A stretch of DNA of 10,651 nucleotides from Thermovirgaceae bacterium (lineage in GTDB: Bacteria > Synergistota > Synergistia > Synergistales > Thermovirgaceae): the NCBI GenBank assembly GCA_046542505.1, contig JBKHBH010000079.1:1-10651 (forward strand). The letters are read 5' to 3'. Made by a program: the position numbers and the translations under genes. The notes under the pieces were generated by a model that was not told the origin of the DNA, made no database searches, and saw only the letters and a list, made by a program, of their open reading frames with translations. Positions 6,002-10,651 of this stretch are shown here, in pieces (the first letter of the stretch is position 1; every line of letters starts with the position of its first letter).

Positions 6002-6865
6002 ATGATTATTGACAGCCATGTTCACCTGTATCCGCCCGATGTGGTGGAAGACTGGGAAAAGATCGCCGAAAAAGAACCATATTTCAAACTGCTCTGTTCG
6101 TGGAAGGTCCACAAGTGGGCCGTCGCCGAGGATCTTTTCGAGATGATGGCCTCCGACGGCATCGACCAGTGCTGGGCCACGAGCTTTGCCTTCAGGGACC
6201 CGGGTTTGTGCCGGCACTGCAATGACTATGTCATCGATACCATGGCCCGCTCGGGAGGCCGGGTTCAGGGGCTTGCCGTGGTGAACCCCCTGTCCCGGGA
6301 TTTCGAAAAGGAGATCCTTCGCTGCAGGGAGGCCGGTTTCATCGGGGTGGGTGAGCTTTTTCCCGACGGGCAGGTCTTCGATATCACCGACAAGCGGCAG
6401 ACATGGAGGCTCGCCGCCACGTGCCAGGACGCGGGGATGTTTCTGCTCCTGCACACGGCGGAGCAGGTGGGGCACGACTATCCAGGCAAGGGGAAGGCTG
6501 GGCCCACTGAAGCCGCGGCCTTCTGCCTGAACCATCCCGGTCTCGCCGTGGTCTTTGCACACATGGGAGGAGGCCTGTGGCAGTACGAAATGATGCCCGA
6601 AATGAGAATTTACCTGCAGAATGCCTGGTACGATATGGCTGCCGTTCCATTTCTCTATGAGGCCAGTGTGTTCAGGGCTGTCTTTGCCGCGGGCGTGGGG
6701 CACAAGATCCTCTACGGAAGCGACTTCCCGCTGCTTGGGATGAAGCGGTACCGCAGAATGCTCGACGAGGCGGGGCTTGATCCTGCCGACGAAGGAATGT
6801 TTCTCGGTGGCAATGCGGGAGAGGTCATAAGGCGTGCCGGGCTTTTTTCATCGGCCGGGGCGTGA
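6002..6865 (+). CDS. Amidohydrolase-family (Amidohydro_2-like, TIM-barrel metal-dependent hydrolase) protein, 287 aa
   Basis: IIDSHVH (HxH), NDYV, GFIGVGEL, LLLHT, VFAHMGGG and ILYGSDFP motifs, with a good RBS. The substrate cannot be assigned. Confidence 0.9.
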   Translation: MIIDSHVHLYPPDVVEDWEKIAEKEPYFKLLCSWKVHKWAVAEDLFEMMASDGIDQCWATSFAFRDPGLCRHCNDYVIDTMARSGGRVQGLAVVNPLSRDFEKEILRCREAGFIGVGELFPDGQVFDITDKRQTWRLAATCQDAGMFLLLHTAEQVGHDYPGKGKAGPTEAAAFCLNHPGLAVVFAHMGGGLWQYEMMPEMRIYLQNAWYDMAAVPFLYEASVFRAVFAAGVGHKILYGSDFPLLGMKRYRRMLDEAGLDPADEGMFLGGNAGEVIRRAGLFSSAGA

Positions 6866-6883
6866 CGTGGCTCTGTCAGGAAA

Positions 6884-8356
6884 TCAATGGCCTGCGAGAA
6901 AGAAGAAGGCGGCCAGTATGGTGGCGATCACGACGACGATGTAAAAGCGGAGCCCGCCCGTGTGGAGCCTGGCGATGGAAGCGGGGCAGCAGGCAAGGAG
7001 CATGGAGGCTTTTACCAGGAGCCTGTCCGCATCGGGGATTTCGTACTCCCCCGAAGTGAGCACCTTTCGAAGCAACAGAAAGAGCAACATGCCTGCAGCG
7101 AGCGGCCATGCCGCGGAGATGAGGGAACCGGTTTCGAAGAACCCCCCATAGTCCGTCCGCAGAAAAGCGGGCAGCCCCCGGGGAAAGACCCCGAGGCCTA
7201 CCGTGGCCGCCGCGAGAAGAGCCATCCCCATGTTCCGGAAAGAGTCCTTCCCTGCGCCCGGCAGTTCCCCCGATTTTACGTGGATGTTGTGGGCGCCTCT
7301 TGCGAAAAACCCGAAATACCCCAGTTTGCAAAAAGACAAGACCGTCCCGACGTTCGCAATCTGGAGAGCCCACAATGCGGCGTGGTGAGAGGTTTCCTTG
7401 ATGGATGCCTTTATCATGGCCTTGCTTGCGAAGCCGCTCATGAGTGGCACGCCCGAGATGGCCAGAGCCGCGACCAGAAAGAGGCCGAAGGTCAAGGGAA
7501 AGGCACGGGCCGCGCCGCTTCCCAAAAAGCGAAGATCTCGCGTCCCGTAAGACTTTTCGAGGGTTCCCACGGAGAGAAAGAGGAGCGCCTTGAACAGGGC
7601 GTGGGCCACGGCATGGTACGTGGCGGCGGCTATCCCGAGGGCCGTCCCCGCCCCAAGGGCGGAAACGACATACCCAAGCTGGCTGACGGTATGGTAGGCG
7701 AGAAGCCGCTTGGCGTCGTGCTGCATCAGGGCTTGGCAGACGCCGTAGAGGGCCATCAATGAACCCAGCACCAGAAGAATCCGGGTTGTCTGGGGGCAGG
7801 CGAGACGAGCGAGACCGTAGACGCCGAGTTTGACGGCGAATCCCGACAAGAGAGCGCTTGTCGGTGTGGGAGACTCGGTGTGGACCGTGGGGAGCCAGAA
7901 ATGGAGGCCCGGCAAAGCCGCCTTGACTCCGAGACCGGGGATGAAGAACCAGAGCAGCTTCGGAGGGACGGGCCCCATCGCGGAGGCCCCCGTCTCGCGT
8001 ATCAGAAAGGCGGTCCCCAGAAGGAGCAAGAGCGACCCCGCGAGCTGGGCCAGCAGGTAGTAGAGGGCCGTCCTGAAGCTGGCCGGGAGGATCATGAAAA
8101 AGAGGGCCACCGTCGAGAGCTCCATGAACAGGGCGAAAAAGAACCAGTCGCCTGTGAAGACGGCGAGACAGGAAAAAAGGCAGAAGACCCATGGCGCCAG
8201 TATGAAAAGCATCCGCTGCCTTGGCTCTTCGGGCCCTGCGTAGCCCCGTGCGTAGAGCGAGACCGATGCTGCCATGAAGACGGCGAGGGATGCCATGACC
8301 ATCGAAAGGGGGTCCATGACGAAAGACAGGGTCAGGCTTTTGGAAACGACATTCAC
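6884..8356 (-). CDS. MrpD/NuoL-like proton-conducting membrane subunit (last gene of operon)
   Basis: Polytopic hydrophobic protein with FMELS (TM5 Glu), GVKAALPGLHFWLP (TM7 Lys), SALLSGFAVKLG, DAKRLLAYHTVSQLG, HALFKALLFL and GVPLMSGFASK. GTG 8356 follows the upstream stop by 4 nt. GTG 8374 is the alternative start. Confidence 0.88.
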   Translation of the reverse strand: MNVVSKSLTLSFVMDPLSMVMASLAVFMAASVSLYARGYAGPEEPRQRMLFILAPWVFCLFSCLAVFTGDWFFFALFMELSTVALFFMILPASFRTALYYLLAQLAGSLLLLLGTAFLIRETGASAMGPVPPKLLWFFIPGLGVKAALPGLHFWLPTVHTESPTPTSALLSGFAVKLGVYGLARLACPQTTRILLVLGSLMALYGVCQALMQHDAKRLLAYHTVSQLGYVVSALGAGTALGIAAATYHAVAHALFKALLFLSVGTLEKSYGTRDLRFLGSGAARAFPLTFGLFLVAALAISGVPLMSGFASKAMIKASIKETSHHAALWALQIANVGTVLSFCKLGYFGFFARGAHNIHVKSGELPGAGKDSFRNMGMALLAAATVGLGVFPRGLPAFLRTDYGGFFETGSLISAAWPLAAGMLLFLLLRKVLTSGEYEIPDADRLLVKASMLLACCPASIARLHTGGLRFYIVVVIATILAAFFFLAGH

Positions 8357-8360
8357 GGTC

Positions 8361-9773
8361 TCACCACCATCCACAAAGGGCGACCATCAAAACAAGGGAA
8401 AGGAACAGCACCACCAGGACATAGAAATTGAGCAGCCCGCCGTGCATCCGTGCGAGCAGGGTCGATGACGCGAAGACGCCCTTCGTTGTCATCAACGTCG
8501 GGCCGAACGTGTCCGGCAGCCCGTAAGGGAGTGACCGGCATGCTCTTGAGGCCGCCAGAAAAAGAGCGAATCCTGTCGCTGCCTGGAGCAGATAGAAGAA
8601 GAATGGCGTTTTTGAGACTGGCGACGATGCCGTGATTCCAGGTATCCAGGCTGTAAAGAACCCGGATGCTGCCAGAAGTGCTGTCAGCCCCGCCATGGCC
8701 GCCCAGGCCGGTATTTTCGACGTGTCCTTTTCAGCCTTGCGAGTGTCGATGCGGGGCTCATTCCGCCGGCTGGAGACGAGGGGCACAACGGCGCGAAGCA
8801 GGTAGGCCGCCGTGAGTGTCCCCGAGAGCTTCAACGCCGTGGGGAGCCATGGGGTCTGCAGGGTCTCCATGGAGGCGAGGATTGCTCCCTTCGGTATGTA
8901 TGAGGCGCTCAGGGGGAAGCCCGAAGAGGCGAAGGCGCCAAAGGCGAGAAACGCCGTCATCCCCGGCAGGGTCCGTGCGACTCCCCTGAGGGATGCCAGA
9001 TCCCTTGTGCCTGTGGCCTTTTCGGTCACACCGGCGGCTAAAAAGAGCAGCCCCTTGAAAAGGGCGTGGACAAAGGCGTAAAGGGAAGCCGCAGCTACTG
9101 CTCCGACGCCCGCCGAGGCCGTCATGAAGCCCAGATGGCTCATCGTTGAGTAGGCCAGCAAACGCTTGAGGTCCGTCGAGAACAGGGCCATGATCCCGCC
9201 GAAGATGACCATGGTTACCCCGATGGCTGGCAAGGGGCCGAAGCCCTCCGGGAAGGCCCTGAGCATCCCGTAGATGCCGAGCTTTACGGCGAATCCGGAC
9301 AGCAGGGCGCTCGCAGGTGCGGGTGCCTTTGAATGGGCCTCGGGCAGCCAGAAATGAAGCAGGGGAAAGGCCGACTTGATCCCGAACCCGGCGGCCATGA
9401 ACCAGCGCCAGATTCCGGCTGCCGGTCCCAGGGTTACAGTGCCCGTGATTGTTGCCGTTCCTGCGGCCCCGATCAGGACCAGGCCGGCTCCGCCGAGCTG
9501 AACGAGCAGATAGAGTGTTGCGGCCTGCCTGTCCCTGAAGGCGATCATCCTCCACAAGGCCAGCGTTGATATTTCCACAAAGACAACGAAGACGAGCCAG
9601 TCCGAAGCGAAGAGGGCTCCCAGAAACGCCGCCCAGCAACCGGCGGCAAGAAGCCTGAAGCTGTCCTGCCGGTTGGTGTCGAAATACCAGTCGCCAAAAA
9701 GCAGGACGGCCGCGGAAAGAAGAGTCGCTCCCGATGCGAAGATCCAGGTCAGTGAGTCTCCGGCAAAATTCAT
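8361..9773 (-). CDS. MrpD/NuoL-like proton-conducting membrane subunit, 470 aa
   Basis: FVEIS, GIKSAFPLLHFWLPEAHSKAPAPASALLSG, AVKLG, DLKRLLAYSTMSHLG, HALFKGLLFL and GFPLSASYIPK motifs. Confidence 0.88.
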   Translation of the reverse strand: MNFAGDSLTWIFASGATLLSAAVLLFGDWYFDTNRQDSFRLLAAGCWAAFLGALFASDWLVFVVFVEISTLALWRMIAFRDRQAATLYLLVQLGGAGLVLIGAAGTATITGTVTLGPAAGIWRWFMAAGFGIKSAFPLLHFWLPEAHSKAPAPASALLSGFAVKLGIYGMLRAFPEGFGPLPAIGVTMVIFGGIMALFSTDLKRLLAYSTMSHLGFMTASAGVGAVAAASLYAFVHALFKGLLFLAAGVTEKATGTRDLASLRGVARTLPGMTAFLAFGAFASSGFPLSASYIPKGAILASMETLQTPWLPTALKLSGTLTAAYLLRAVVPLVSSRRNEPRIDTRKAEKDTSKIPAWAAMAGLTALLAASGFFTAWIPGITASSPVSKTPFFFYLLQAATGFALFLAASRACRSLPYGLPDTFGPTLMTTKGVFASSTLLARMHGGLLNFYVLVVLFLSLVLMVALCGWW

Positions 9774-9798
9774 CGGTGTCCCTGCTTTCCGTCATTTT

Positions 9799-10650
9799 TC
9801 ACTCTACAAGCACCGCCGCGATATAGGCTGTCGTGTCAAGGGCGCAAGTCCCGATGTCCGAAAATGCCTTCCATACGGGAGGCATGAAGGCTGTCAGGCC
9901 AAGCAAGACACAAAAGACCGCGAAGGTGACCGTCACCCGGAAAGGCCAGTAGAAGGGTTTCCTCCTTGATGGTGGCTCTCCGGGCGAATAGAACGAAGAA
10001 AGAATTCGCAGGTAGTAGAAGGCCGAGATGACCGTTCCGGCAGCAAGGGCCAGGCCGGAGCCAATATTGCCGGCATCGACGGAAGCGAGCATCAGGTACC
10101 ATTTGCCCATGAAACCGTTGAGGGGAGGGATTCCCACGATCGCCGCGGCGAGAACTGTAAAGGCGATGACGAAACCCGGGCGGTGTCGGTAAAGTCCTCG
10201 AAGCTGCGAAATGTTCCGTGTTTTCATGTCCTCCGACAGCTGGCCGGCGGTGATGAAAAGCCCGCCTTTCATGAACATGTGGTTGAAGGCATGAAAGACC
10301 GCTGCCGTGATTCCCGCCGCGGTACCCGTCCCGACGCCTGTGAGAATGTAGCCGATCTGGGCTACCGTGGAGAAGGCCAGAAGCCGCTTGATGTCTTCCT
10401 GTCTCAGTGCCATCAGGTGGCCGCCCAGTATGGACAGGATGCCGATGGACGTGATGACCGTGAAAACGGCGGGCCGGGTCTCCAGAAAGAAGAGGAGCGA
10501 GACCCTGGCGAGGGCGTAGATGGAGACCTTGACCACCACTCCCGACAGCAGTGCGCTGACAGCCGTCTGTGCCGATGAATGGGCATCGGGAAGCCAGAAA
10601 TGCACCGGGAAGGCGCCGATCTTGATGAAGAGCCCTATCAAAAGGCATGC
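9799..10650 (-). CDS. mrpD: MrpD-like Na+/H+ antiporter subunit, 5'-truncated by the window edge
   Basis: The frame is open to the window end (ACLLIGLFIK...). Motifs IKIGAFPVHFWLPDAH, SALLSGVVVK, DIKRLLAFSTVAQIGY, NHMFMKGGLF, GIPPLNGFMGKW, and YYLR. Confidence 0.8.
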   Translation of the reverse strand, partial: ACLLIGLFIKIGAFPVHFWLPDAHSSAQTAVSALLSGVVVKVSIYALARVSLLFFLETRPAVFTVITSIGILSILGGHLMALRQEDIKRLLAFSTVAQIGYILTGVGTGTAAGITAAVFHAFNHMFMKGGLFITAGQLSEDMKTRNISQLRGLYRHRPGFVIAFTVLAAAIVGIPPLNGFMGKWYLMLASVDAGNIGSGLALAAGTVISAFYYLRILSSFYSPGEPPSRRKPFYWPFRVTVTFAVFCVLLGLTAFMPPVWKAFSDIGTCALDTTAYIAAVLVE

Positions 10651-10651
10651 C

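Noticed and set aside
5963..10648. Long alternative-frame ORFs (5963..6703, 6876..8192, 6887..7762, 8758..9795, 9836..10648)
   Set aside because: They overlap well-supported genes and lack recognisable motifs. Most have the Arg/Gly/Pro-rich composition typical of off-frame GC-rich sequence.

Overview
Bacterial chromosomal window with three parts. (1) 1-2883, + strand, AT-richer: the 3' end of a type IV minor-pilin cluster, with a 5'-truncated PilX-like gene and an 823-aa secreted, acidic PilY1/PilC-like adhesin. (2) 2880-6865, + strand: an endonuclease V gene (nfi) split by an apparently intact 2383-bp IS21-family element (3381-5763; TG...CA ends, TCGGG target duplication, istA+istB), followed by an amidohydrolase gene. 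(3) 6884-10651, - strand: the last three genes of an Mrp-type operon, each an MrpD/NuoLMN-like antiporter subunit. No CRISPR array, tRNA or rRNA was seen. I cannot support a wholly new multi-gene system. The least explained signals lie in the non-coding ends of the IS: a latent junction promoter, an 18-pair G-U-rich hairpin over the istA ribosome-binding site, and a perfect 12-nt complementarity between predicted stem-loop loops at the two ends. Two of the antiporter subunits also have an unusual architecture. All protein assignments come from motif recognition by eye, not from database searches.
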